A stretch of 63,233 nucleotides of DNA, the filler included. It is 7 parts of 7 records of this genome, joined end to end, with 100 filler letters (N's around TTAATTAATTAA, not from the genome) between each part and the next. Parts side by side here need not be neighbours in the genome. Positions count along the whole stretch, not along the records: positions 26,980 to 36,794 come from SRR31147125_1175; positions 36,895 to 45,256 come from SRR31147125_1197; 5 more parts are not named here. One strand, written 5' to 3'. The notes under the pieces are model-generated. The model was not told where the DNA came from and did no database searches. It was given only the letters and a program-made list of their open reading frames with translations. The translations under genes were made by a program, and so were the position numbers. Numbering within the stretch: the stretch's first letter is position 1; each line of letters opens with the position of its first letter. Shown here piece after piece: positions 32,294 to 42,173 of the stretch.

Positions 32294-32668
32294 ATTCAAT
32301 TAGTTAGAATGAGACAAATGGAGTGGAGGGGGTAAAGAGCAGTTTATTTTATATTGTTATTGCTGACTTGTCCTTCTTGATGGCTCATCAAAACATCTTT
32401 CATTTAGTTCTTTCATTACTGGGCGATAAAAAAGACAGTGTTTAAAAGATGATTTTTCTGTTCGAATACGAAACAATGTCCCCCATCAAGTCAAATTTGT
32501 CATCTTTTGTTACTGTACTTACTCCATCTTTAGATATTCCCTTAATCTTCATAATTAAACTGGTCTTGTTAAATTAGTGTAACTAATTGAAATTTATTAG
32601 AATATAGTTGATGTTTGTATGTTGACTTTTTCTGTGTGAATTTTTAGTGAAATGAAAATATATGGATA

Positions 32669-32727
32669 TAATGGTACTATTCTTGTTAGTACCATTACGA
32701 TTCGTTTGCTGCAAACGAATCGTAATG
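32669..32727. repeat. Two overlapping perfect inverted repeats (11-7-11 and 17-1-17)
   Basis: TAATGGTACTA/TAGTACCATTA (32669-32697) and CATTACGATTCGTTTGC-T-GCAAACGAATCGTAATG (32693-32727). Confidence 0.9.
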
Positions 32728-32824
32728 CTTCTTAATGTAACCTTAAATATACTGGCTATTTAAATCACATTGGCTTTAATTAATTCCGTTAGATGAATAT
32801 TTTGATGGAGGAGTAAAAATTCCG

Positions 32825-33403
32825 ATGCAATTAAAGTGGACAAGATACATATTTAATGTAAGAATAAATAATTTATTAAATTCATCTAGCATAAGTACAA
32901 AGCATGGTCAGTTATTATTGGCAGGCTTACTGTTTTTTGTTCTAACCGTAAATCTTTCGGCACAATCTACAGGGCGGTTTAATCAGGGAGGAGCCGCTCA
33001 ATATTTCCTCGGAGATCAGGATCAAATTCTCATGCCGGTTAATGTGTGGGGATTTGTAAACAAACCCGGGCAATATATGGTGCCCTATGATACAGATTTG
33101 ATAACGTTATTATCCTATGCCGGCGGTCCGCAGGAAGAAGCTAAAATGAAAACGATCAAGCTTGTTCGGCTTTTGAATAATACAGGTGCCGAACATACCA
33201 ATGGCCAGGTTATCGAAATTGATGTTAAAAAGTTCCTCAAATCCGCTGATCAGGATGAAAATCCCTCACTTAAGCCAGGCGATACCGTTGTGGTTTCCGG
33301 ATCCACCTTTCATTTTGTGAATAAATTCTTTGATTTTGCCTGGAGAGTTGCCACCATAGCCCAGGTCTATGCATTGATCGATTACTATACCGGCCGTGAT
33401 TAA
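32825..33403 (+). CDS. SLBB-domain polysaccharide export protein (short Wza-like)
   Basis: VNVWGFVNKPGQY, LLSYAGGP, LKPGDTVVV; upstream of wzc; true start may be downstream. Confidence 0.78.
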   Translation: MQLKWTRYIFNVRINNLLNSSSISTKHGQLLLAGLLFFVLTVNLSAQSTGRFNQGGAAQYFLGDQDQILMPVNVWGFVNKPGQYMVPYDTDLITLLSYAGGPQEEAKMKTIKLVRLLNNTGAEHTNGQVIEIDVKKFLKSADQDENPSLKPGDTVVVSGSTFHFVNKFFDFAWRVATIAQVYALIDYYTGRD

Positions 33404-33510
33404 AAGCTGGTAAATTTATATGTCTATCTCTTAAAAATCATGAATTTAATCAATATTTTATATTATTCCATTAATCGATTTTTAAATAATAATCAGTTCG
33501 GACGGTTAAA

Positions 33511-35940
33511 ATGATTCCAAATAATAATGGTCATGATTCTTTCAATGGTAATGGTAATGGACATTCCCATTACCCGGGTGCGGATTTACAGGAGAGGCAG
33601 GTCTCTTTTAGGGATTATTTACGTGTTCTTTATAAGGGACGCTGGATAATCATTATCTCATTTCTGCTTGTTGTCATTTCAACCGTGTATTATACATTTA
33701 CAACAGAACCGGTTTATGAAGCAACGGCAAAGCTGATGATTGAAGAACAAGGTGGCATGGGTGAATCCTTGTTCGATATCACGTCGATGATGAAAAAAGA
33801 AACCATGATCAATAATCAGGTTGAGATACTGAAAAGCCGGTCACTCGCGGAAAATGTGATCAAGGATCTGCAGACTTCTAAATTTGCCGATGAATTACGC
33901 ATTCTCGGTAACTTGCCCGAAGATGAAAAAGATAATGCCAGTTTTCTTGTTGGAATCAAAAAATGGGCAAAAGATCTCATCAGTAAAGAAGGAGAAGTCT
34001 CTGATACAGTTGATTATTTTGACGAGTTGGTGGAGGGATTGCGTCAAAGTATTAGTGTGAGCCCGATACGTAATACAGATATGATTGATATCAAAGTAAC
34101 AGCGCTTTCTGCTTTTGAAGCCGCTTTTGTCACGAATGCTGTCGCTCAGGCTTATGTTGAGATGAACCAGGTGCAAAGCCAGGAAGAGGTGCGCCAGGTT
34201 AAAAACTTTTTAGAAGATCAGCTGAACCAGTATCAACGAGAATTGTCACAATCGGAAGAGGCTTTAAAAAACTATCAGGAAAACGCCAAAGTTATTGCTC
34301 TTGATCAGGAAACAGAGGAACTCGTTCGTAAACTGGCTGAATTTGAATCCCTATACAATGAGGCGCAAACCGAGTTTGAAGCCAATGAAAAACGTCTTGC
34401 TTATATCGATGGTCAGTTAAGGCAAAAAAAGGTTAATATAGATATGGAATCCATATCATCAGAACCTTTTTTGAACGAATTGAAAAAACAGATAGCTGAA
34501 AAAGAAGCCAAACTGGCTGTTTATATTGCATCCATGTCTGATAAAAATGTTGATTATCAGAGCCGTGATCTCCAGGATCAGGTTAAACTGCAGGAACGTC
34601 AAATAGAGGCTTTGAAAGCAAAGTTTAAAACTGAAGTTATCAAGATAGCGGCGACCGAGTTTGTTGATCCTGCTTTACTTTCCAGCACACTTGTGACAAG
34701 CAAGATCGCAGTCGAAACCGAACTGGAGTCTCTCAAGCCTAAAGTCAGTGCTCTGAAGGAGATTGTAACTAATTACAACAATGAGCTGGAAAGCCTGCCG
34801 GAAAAGAGTCTTCAACTGGCGCGGTTAATGCGTAAAACGCAGGTTGGTGAGAAAATCTATATCATGCTGCAGGAAAAGTATCAGGAATCCCGCATCACCG
34901 AAGTTGGCCAGTTAGGTATTGTCCGTGTGGTCGATTCTGCCAAGCCATCTAAATATCCGGTCAAGCCCAAGAAAAAACTTAACCTTATTCTTGGTATTCT
35001 CGTTGGCCTGGGCCTGGGTGTTGGCATCGCTTTTGTCATGGAATATATGGATAATTCCATCCGCACAATTGAAGATATTGAACATTTTGGACAAAATATT
35101 ATCGCTACAATCCCGTTTATCAAGCCGGAGGGGATGGATGGTGCTTTGAGCAAAATACGTCCGCTTGCTGACCCTGAAGCTCAGGATATTAATGAACGGT
35201 TAGTAACGCATCTTAAACCAAAATCACCTATCTCTGAAGCGTACAGAACCCTCAGAACCAATATCATGTTTTCCAAAGCCGGCCAGGAAATTAAAACCTT
35301 ACTGGTGACCAGTAGTGGCCCAAAAGAAGGTAAATCCACATCTATCTCGAATCTGGCAATCACCTTTTCGCAAATGGGTACGAAAACACTCCTTATTGAC
35401 GCTGATTTACGGCGTCCAATCCTGCATAAACTTTTCAACCTGGATAAAAGAGTTGGATTAACCAACGTTCTTGTTGGACGCTCAAAGCTGGAAGATGCTG
35501 TTCAAAAAGTGCCTGGTCTTGCCAGTCTTGATTTCCTTAGTTGCGGTATATTACCACCTAATCCGGCTGAGTTGTTAGGATCCAGGCAGATGAAAGAATT
35601 TCTCGAAAAGGCTAAAAATGAATATGGTGCTGTGCTCATCGATACACCACCAACTATAGCTGTTACAGATTCATCCGTTCTTTCACCGCTTGTTGATGGT
35701 GTGTTGCTTGTGGTTCGCTCCGGTGGAACGCAAAGAGAAGCCTTTTTGCGAGCAGTGGAACAACTTAAAAAAGTAGGTGCACCCATTCTTGGCATCATTT
35801 TAAACGGTATTTTGGCCTCGAATGTATATGGATCTTACTATTATTACTATTACTATCATTATTATTACGGTCAGGATGGGGACAAAAAGAAAAACAAGAA
35901 AAGATCACAGCGCTCAAGAGGCGTGAAACGAGTACAATAG
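33511..35940 (+). CDS. wzc: Wzc-type polysaccharide co-polymerase / BY tyrosine kinase
   Basis: Two TMs flanking a coiled coil, EAYRTLRTN, GPKEGKST, IDADLRRP, IDTPP, Tyr cluster. Confidence 0.95.
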   Translation: MIPNNNGHDSFNGNGNGHSHYPGADLQERQVSFRDYLRVLYKGRWIIIISFLLVVISTVYYTFTTEPVYEATAKLMIEEQGGMGESLFDITSMMKKETMINNQVEILKSRSLAENVIKDLQTSKFADELRILGNLPEDEKDNASFLVGIKKWAKDLISKEGEVSDTVDYFDELVEGLRQSISVSPIRNTDMIDIKVTALSAFEAAFVTNAVAQAYVEMNQVQSQEEVRQVKNFLEDQLNQYQRELSQSEEALKNYQENAKVIALDQETEELVRKLAEFESLYNEAQTEFEANEKRLAYIDGQLRQKKVNIDMESISSEPFLNELKKQIAEKEAKLAVYIASMSDKNVDYQSRDLQDQVKLQERQIEALKAKFKTEVIKIAATEFVDPALLSSTLVTSKIAVETELESLKPKVSALKEIVTNYNNELESLPEKSLQLARLMRKTQVGEKIYIMLQEKYQESRITEVGQLGIVRVVDSAKPSKYPVKPKKKLNLILGILVGLGLGVGIAFVMEYMDNSIRTIEDIEHFGQNIIATIPFIKPEGMDGALSKIRPLADPEAQDINERLVTHLKPKSPISEAYRTLRTNIMFSKAGQEIKTLLVTSSGPKEGKSTSISNLAITFSQMGTKTLLIDADLRRPILHKLFNLDKRVGLTNVLVGRSKLEDAVQKVPGLASLDFLSCGILPPNPAELLGSRQMKEFLEKAKNEYGAVLIDTPPTIAVTDSSVLSPLVDGVLLVVRSGGTQREAFLRAVEQLKKVGAPILGIILNGILASNVYGSYYYYYYYHYYYGQDGDKKKNKKRSQRSRGVKRVQ

Positions 35941-36046
35941 AATGTCTCTTTCTGATATTCAGGATTCTTTTAAAATAAGATTTGATAGATATCGATTGTA
36001 GTAGATAAATGATTAATAGTCAGTATATAAGTTTTGGAGCGACTTG

Positions 36047-36552
36047 ATGATAAATCAGAGAGATCCTAACTGGTTTGCTTTTGTCACAAGGCCGCGGCAC
36101 GAGAAAAATCGAATGAGTTTCTGCAGGCAGCTGGTATAGAGGCATATTTGCCATTACAAAAAAGTTTGAACAAGTGGAAAGATAGAAAAAAGTGGGTCGA
36201 AACTCCTCTTTTTTCATGTTATATTTTTGCGTTCATTCCATATATAGATCGATATGAGGTTCTAAAAGGGCCCAGTATTGTCAGAATCGTTGGGTTTAAT
36301 AATATGCCTATGCCTGTTCAGGTAGAGGAAATTGATGCCATAAAAACTATAATGGATACTGAACAAACAATAAAGGTCGTAAACGGCCCGATGCCTGGGG
36401 ATAAGGTTAGTATAAAATCGGGCCCTCTTGCTGGAATGGAAGGGGTCCTGGTTGATTTTCGTGGTGATCGGTGGTTTGTCGTTTATATTGAGGCAGTGGG
36501 CAAATCGGTGTTGGTGGATGTAAATGAACAAGTTGTTGAAAAAGTAATTTAA
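36047..36552 (+). CDS. upxY: UpxY/NusG-paralog antiterminator, 1-bp loss at 36104-36108
   Basis: ATG 36047 with GGAG RBS gives MINQRDPNWFAFVTRPRHEK; one extra A joins to ...AYLPLQ..WKDRKKWVETPLFSCYIF and KOW GPLAGMEG. Confidence 0.85.
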
Positions 36553-36794
36553 TATATCTAATTAAACATAGGTTTTTAAAGGATATTATTTACTGTGACA
36601 ATATAACCTTGATGATGATTTTTCGGTCATTCGAAAGCTTATGCTTGCGCAGTTGACATCTGGTAAAACTCACAAATAATACAGCTTTACTATTTTGCTT
36701 TAATAAAAATCGTGCGCTGAATCTCAGGTGTTGCAATAAGATACCTTCTGTGTTATAATGGGTATTTTTTGCCCTGTTTTGCAGAGGAATTTTT

Positions 36795-36894
36795 NNNNNN
36801 NNNNNNNNNNNNNNNNNNNNNNNNNNNNNNNNNNNNNNTTAATTAATTAANNNNNNNNNNNNNNNNNNNNNNNNNNNNNNNNNNNNNNNNNNNN
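36795..36894. other. Artificial contig spacer
   Basis: N44-TTAATTAATTAA-N44. Confidence 0.98.
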
Positions 36895-38371
36895 CTAATT
36901 CAACAGTTATTGCTTTGGTAGTGAATATTGGTGAAATATTATCCACAACTGTTATTTCTGTCCCAACTTCATTTTCATTTTCAGAAACATCTGTTGCTTT
37001 AACATTGATAGTTTGAACTCCTATGTCCAAATATCCAAAAACATTTTTACTTAAAGTTGTATCTGCAATTAAGCAATTATCATTAATACTTTCTATAACA
37101 TCCTTTGCTGTAATTGATGCCTCACCATTTTCATCAAGTTCTACAGTAATTGCTTTTGTACTGATTGTAGGTGGAATAATATCAATAACATTAATTTCAG
37201 AAGTAGTTTCTGTCTTATTACCTGAAATATCTGTTAAAACTACATCGATCGTCTGAATTCCCAGATCATCACAATCAAAATCAACTTGGCTTAAAGTAGT
37301 ATCTTCTAAAGAACAATTATCGTTTGCCGAAATTACAATATCACTAGGTAAGATACTCGCTAAACCGTTAACATCTAATTCTACAGTTATATTACCAGTT
37401 GATAAGGTTGGATTAATTGTGTCTTCCACTGAAATTTGAGCATTTTTATTAGTTGTATTTTCAGCCCAATCAATCAAAGTAACATTTATATTTTGAAGCC
37501 CAATTGACGAACAATCAAAACTTGTTGCACTTAGAGAAGTGTCTTTTAACGAGCAATTATCCGATGCTGATGCAACTACTAAAGACTTGTCAATAAAAAC
37601 ATTTCCATTTTCATTAAGGTAGAGGGTTATATCGTTTGTTTCTAATATCGGATCAATATTATCATCAGGATTGAAATCTAAAACATAAGTTTCAGAAGCA
37701 GTTGGTATATAATACGCTGCTGAATTGCTATAGCAGTTTGCAAAACCTTCTATTAATAAAGTGTCTCCTTGATAATGCAAAAAATTACTTTCTAATGAAG
37801 ATTTAAGTATTAGATTACTATTACCTGAATTATTTGTATTTTGACCTGCTCCTGCATATTGAATGCTATTATAAGTGACACCTTGTGGTTGCGATATAAT
37901 TTTATGTGATTGAACATTGTCATTTAAATAAACCAAATAAATTCCTGGGTATTGTGTTGATACTTGAAACCTATGATCACCCTTTTCTAAATAACCTTCG
38001 TAGAATGACACCAATGTACCGGTTAAACTATAAATTGATACCTTAACATTTTTAGACTCTGAATTGTTAATAATTACATTGGTAAATTCATTGAATGGAT
38101 TTGGATAAACATTTTTAATCCCTATTCCCTTATCAGCGTAATTGGCAGGTTTGGAAGACACCCAATTTTTGTTGTCTAGCGTAATTGTCAAATCTGGAGA
38201 ATAAAGGATGATAGATGTATCACGGGTTGTATTCTCTATAAACACACTATCTAATTGTATTGATTCTAATGTGCTTTGCTCTCTTGCCTCAAAATTTAAA
38301 TTTATTGTTTGGCTAAATACATTTAATGAGGATAGGAAAAAAATAATACTTAACAGAATTTTACTTTTCAT
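36895..38371 (-). CDS. Secreted protein with T9SS-CTD-like domain and at least 3 Cys-paired ~80-aa repeats (3' truncated); paralog of upstream gene
   Basis: Signal peptide, VYPNPFNEF..IYSLTG..PGIYLV, repeats DxxxP..ITVELDENG..DNC..FDC. Confidence 0.8.
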
Positions 38372-38506
38372 TTTTTTTAATTAACGATATTGACATTGGT
38401 TTTTTAACGCTGCTAAAGTATTTTATTTTATTTTAATATTTAAAGCATTTGTGATAGTATTGATAAAAAGCATTTTATTTATGACTAATAATTTCAATTA
38501 AAAGAT

Positions 38507-38538
38507 AAAAAAACCTGCTTAGTATGAACTAAGCAGGT
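38507..38538 (-). terminator. Intrinsic terminator between the two paralogs
   Basis: ACCTGCTTAG/CTAAGCAGGT stem with U-run on minus strand. Confidence 0.85.
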
Positions 38539-38561
38539 CTTCTATTTATATTCAATTTTTA

Positions 38562-41500
38562 TTAATCCATTACACACCTTACACTTATTCCTCTTTTCTT
38601 GAGATATGTTGGTTTACTGAAATTAGCTTGGAATATCTGACGAACAACACCATTAGAAGCATCAGACTCAGTTGCAGTCCAATAAATTGCGGAAGCATTT
38701 ATCAAGAAATACCCTCCATTTTGATCTCTATTACCACTTGGAATTGCATTAAATCCGTAATCATTTGTTCCATTATCGGCATTTACTGTCCAACCAGAAG
38801 TAGATTTTAAGTATGGTGCCAAGTCTGTCCAGTCATCACCAACCTGAGTTAATCCACCTTGGTCTGTACTTATGTATGTTGCTAATGTTTCCCATTCTGC
38901 ATCACTTGGCATATGCCATCCCGTAGGACAAACCCCCTGAACACCACTTGGTTCAGTTGTCACACTTGCTGCACCATTCATTGCTGCCGCCCATGTATAA
39001 AGTACACCATTTGTTGCAGCATGTGTTGCAGCATCATTATCATAATAGCAATAAGCCCTATCTGTTGCAGCGTGAGTTGACCAATCTCCAGCATCTTCAA
39101 CCAATGCTATCGGTGTTGCATCTGAATAACTGGTTGCCCTTAGGTTCTCTGCCATCCAAACTTGATCCCCTATCTTCACAACATCATATTTGTTACCATC
39201 AACATCAGTAATACTATCAATTACAGTAACAGAGATTTGCTCAGTTGTAGGGTTACCATTTACATCAGTTACTGTAACATCTACTGTTAACACTTGGTTT
39301 CCAGGAGTACTTACAGATGAAACACTTAATGTTGTATCTTGAAGTCCGCAAATATCAGAAGCACTTGTTACAACATCAGCAGCAGTAAATGTTGCCTGAT
39401 TATCTTTATCTAAAACAACTGTTATATTTTGCGTAGTAATTGCGGGGCCTGTTTCATCAGCTATAGTAACATCAGATGTTACTTCTGTTTCATTACCACT
39501 ATCATCAGTTAGGGTAATTGTAACAGTTACTGTTGTGCCAGCATCAGAACAAGTAAATGCACTACTACTTAAAACAGGAACTATTGTACTACAATTATCA
39601 CCAAAGGCTGTTAATACATCATTTGCTGTAATTGTAACATTACCAGTACCATCAAGAACTGCTGTAAAATCTGTAGGAGTAGCAGTTGGGGCTAGTTTAT
39701 CTTCAATCGTCACATCAGATGTTACCTCTGTTTCATTACCACTATCATCAGTTAATGTAATTGTAACAGTTATTGTACCAATATCTGCACAATCAAAACT
39801 GCTTTGGCTAAAATCAATACTGCTAATATTACAATTATCTGAATAATCTGTTAATACATCATCAACAGTTATTGTAGCATTACCTGTTGCGTCTAATTCA
39901 ATTGTTACATTAGTTGGAGTTGCCAAAGGTGCAAGTTTATCTTCAACTGTGACTTCTGCTGTAAGTGTAGCAGTATTCTCAGAAGAATCGCTTACTGTAA
40001 CATTTATTGTTTGAATTCCTATATCTGTGCAATCAAATACTGATTGACTTAAAGTTGTATCTGCTAAATAACAATTATCACTTGCAGACTCAACAACATC
40101 TGAATTTAGAACTGTAGCAGAACCATTTTCATCTAATTCAACAGTAATTGCTTTAGTTGTTAATTCAGGATCGATATTATCTTGAACAGTTACATCAACT
40201 GGCACATCAATCTCGTTATTAGAAGAATCAGTTACAGTAACAGTAATTGTTTGAACTCCTAAATCAGTACAATTAAAAACTGATTGACTTAAAATTGTAT
40301 CCGCTAAATAACAATTATCGTCTGCAACCTCAACAACATCAGCCGCTAAAATTGAAGCAGAACCAGTTTCATCCAATTCTATTGTAACAGGCTTTGTTGT
40401 TAATGTTGGTGCAATATTATCTACTATTGTAACATCAACTGCTACTTCTGTTTCATTTTCTGAAGAGTCAATAACTGTAACATTTATAGTCTGCACACCA
40501 ACATCGCCACAACTAAATATTGATTGACTTAAACTTGTATCAGCTAAAGAGCAATTGTCACTTGCCGCCTCTACAACATCTGCTGGTGTAATTGCTGCGT
40601 TACCACTTTCATCTAGTTCTGCAGTATATGGCTTTGTTGTTAATACTGGTGCAATATTATCTTCAACAGTAATATCAACAGTCTCAACTGTTATATTTTC
40701 CGAGGAGTCTGTTACTGTTACGTTTATCGTTTGAATCCCTAAATCAGAGCAATCAAAATCTGTTTGACTTAAACTTGTATCAGCCAAATAGCAATTATCG
40801 CTAACTGATTCTATCACATCGGCTGCAAGAACAGATACAGTACCATTTTCGTCTAACTCAACAGTGATAGCTTTTGTTGTAAGGATTGGTTTTATTATAT
40901 CTTTTACTGTAATTTGAGCGGTTAGAATAGTTTCATTACCAGCTTTATCTCTTAATGTAATATCAACATTTTGTGCCCCCACTTTTGAACAATCAAATGT
41001 TGTTGCACTAATCAAAGTATCACTTAAAGCACAATTATCAAGGGCATTTGTAACAACATCAGCCAAACTTAATACCGCACTTCCGTTCTCATCTAAATAT
41101 ATAGTATCATCAGTAATTTCTAATGTAGGAGCAATATCATCATCTAATTCAAACTCTAAAACATATGTTTCTGAGGTTTGCGGAATAAAATATTCAACAA
41201 CCTTGCTAAAACAGTCTGCATAAGCCTCAACCATAATAGTATCACCTTGTTGATGTTCAAAACAATCATCATCAAATGCCGATTTTAGTACTAAATCGTT
41301 GGATGTTCCTGAGAAATCAGCTCCATCAAAACCTAAATATTTAATTGTATTTAAGTTATCTCCATTAGTTTGCGACATTACTTTATGTGATGAACTTTGT
41401 GACTCATTTAGATAAATAAGATACATTCCCGGGTATTGAGTTGTAATCTGAAATTTATGTTCACCCTGATCTAAATAGTTTTCGTAATAGGCCACCAATG

Positions 41501-41855
41501 AACCTGTTAGGTTATAAATTGATAGCCTAACATCTTTAGCTTCAGGATTGTTTACAATAATATTTGCAAATTCGTTAAATGGGTTTGGATAAACACTTTT
41601 TATTCCATGCGAATTTTGCACAAAACCAATTGGTTTTGAAGATACTCTCTCATCGTTGCAAAGAGTAAGTAAGAAATTAGGATAGTAAAGAGATGTTGAA
41701 GTATCCCTTGCACTATTTTCAATGTAGATGCTATCTATCTGAACAGCATCTGTTGTCCCTTTTTCAACGGCCTCGAAATTAATTTCGATAGTTTGACAAA
41801 AAGCTGCCACCGAAAAAAGTAACATGAGGGTACTAAGTAGAATTTTGTTTTTCAT
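38562..41855 (-). CDS. Secreted protein: T9SS-CTD-like domain, eight HYR/Ig-like repeats, C-terminal FISUMP (Fib_succ_major) domain
   Basis: Start MKNKILL at 41855; DVDGNKYDVVKIGDQVWMAENL, GVLYTWAAA, CPTGWHMPSDAEW, SVRCVMD. Confidence 0.87.
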   Translation of the reverse strand: MKNKILLSTLMLLFSVAAFCQTIEINFEAVEKGTTDAVQIDSIYIENSARDTSTSLYYPNFLLTLCNDERVSSKPIGFVQNSHGIKSVYPNPFNEFANIIVNNPEAKDVRLSIYNLTGSLVAYYENYLDQGEHKFQITTQYPGMYLIYLNESQSSSHKVMSQTNGDNLNTIKYLGFDGADFSGTSNDLVLKSAFDDDCFEHQQGDTIMVEAYADCFSKVVEYFIPQTSETYVLEFELDDDIAPTLEITDDTIYLDENGSAVLSLADVVTNALDNCALSDTLISATTFDCSKVGAQNVDITLRDKAGNETILTAQITVKDIIKPILTTKAITVELDENGTVSVLAADVIESVSDNCYLADTSLSQTDFDCSDLGIQTINVTVTDSSENITVETVDITVEDNIAPVLTTKPYTAELDESGNAAITPADVVEAASDNCSLADTSLSQSIFSCGDVGVQTINVTVIDSSENETEVAVDVTIVDNIAPTLTTKPVTIELDETGSASILAADVVEVADDNCYLADTILSQSVFNCTDLGVQTITVTVTDSSNNEIDVPVDVTVQDNIDPELTTKAITVELDENGSATVLNSDVVESASDNCYLADTTLSQSVFDCTDIGIQTINVTVSDSSENTATLTAEVTVEDKLAPLATPTNVTIELDATGNATITVDDVLTDYSDNCNISSIDFSQSSFDCADIGTITVTITLTDDSGNETEVTSDVTIEDKLAPTATPTDFTAVLDGTGNVTITANDVLTAFGDNCSTIVPVLSSSAFTCSDAGTTVTVTITLTDDSGNETEVTSDVTIADETGPAITTQNITVVLDKDNQATFTAADVVTSASDICGLQDTTLSVSSVSTPGNQVLTVDVTVTDVNGNPTTEQISVTVIDSITDVDGNKYDVVKIGDQVWMAENLRATSYSDATPIALVEDAGDWSTHAATDRAYCYYDNDAATHAATNGVLYTWAAAMNGAASVTTEPSGVQGVCPTGWHMPSDAEWETLATYISTDQGGLTQVGDDWTDLAPYLKSTSGWTVNADNGTNDYGFNAIPSGNRDQNGGYFLINASAIYWTATESDASNGVVRQIFQANFSKPTYLKKRGISVRCVMD
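39216..41144 (-). repeat. Eight tandem ~240-bp intragenic repeats
   Basis: Units begin DDIAP, DIIKP, DNIAP, DNIAP, DNIDP, DKLAP, DKLAP, DETGP. Confidence 0.88.
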
Positions 41856-42173
41856 GTGTAAAAATTTAATGATTAAAAATTTAATTAAATTACCTAAAAC
41901 TTGTTTTGTATAGTTTAATACAATGTTATTCTTTATCAAATCTATGTATACGCAGGCTACAATACAAATGTTTGTTAATATTATTGACAAACACATTCAT
42001 ATTTTACCTTAACAGCACATTTTTGAAAGATTAATTGAATTTACGAACTTTTTTGATAATTTTCAATACATAACTTTTCAAATATATATTTTATTAGATA
42101 AGTTATCTTTGAAATCGTTATTTGCCTAAAAAAACAGAGCAATAATACTTTATCAATAATATGATATCTTGAA

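Noticed and set aside
38562..39215. Diversity-generating retroelement targeting the FISUMP domain
   Set aside because: No template repeat with A-specific mismatches and no reverse transcriptase seen in this contig
39216..41144. CRISPR-like periodicity
   Set aside because: These are in-frame ~240-bp protein domain repeats with no repeat-spacer structure; no array or cas gene is seen in the window
41856..41996. N-terminal 47 aa of the 1144-aa ORF, and similar upstream extensions at 49791, 54591 and 24485
   Set aside because: Better starts with signal peptides or RBS lie downstream
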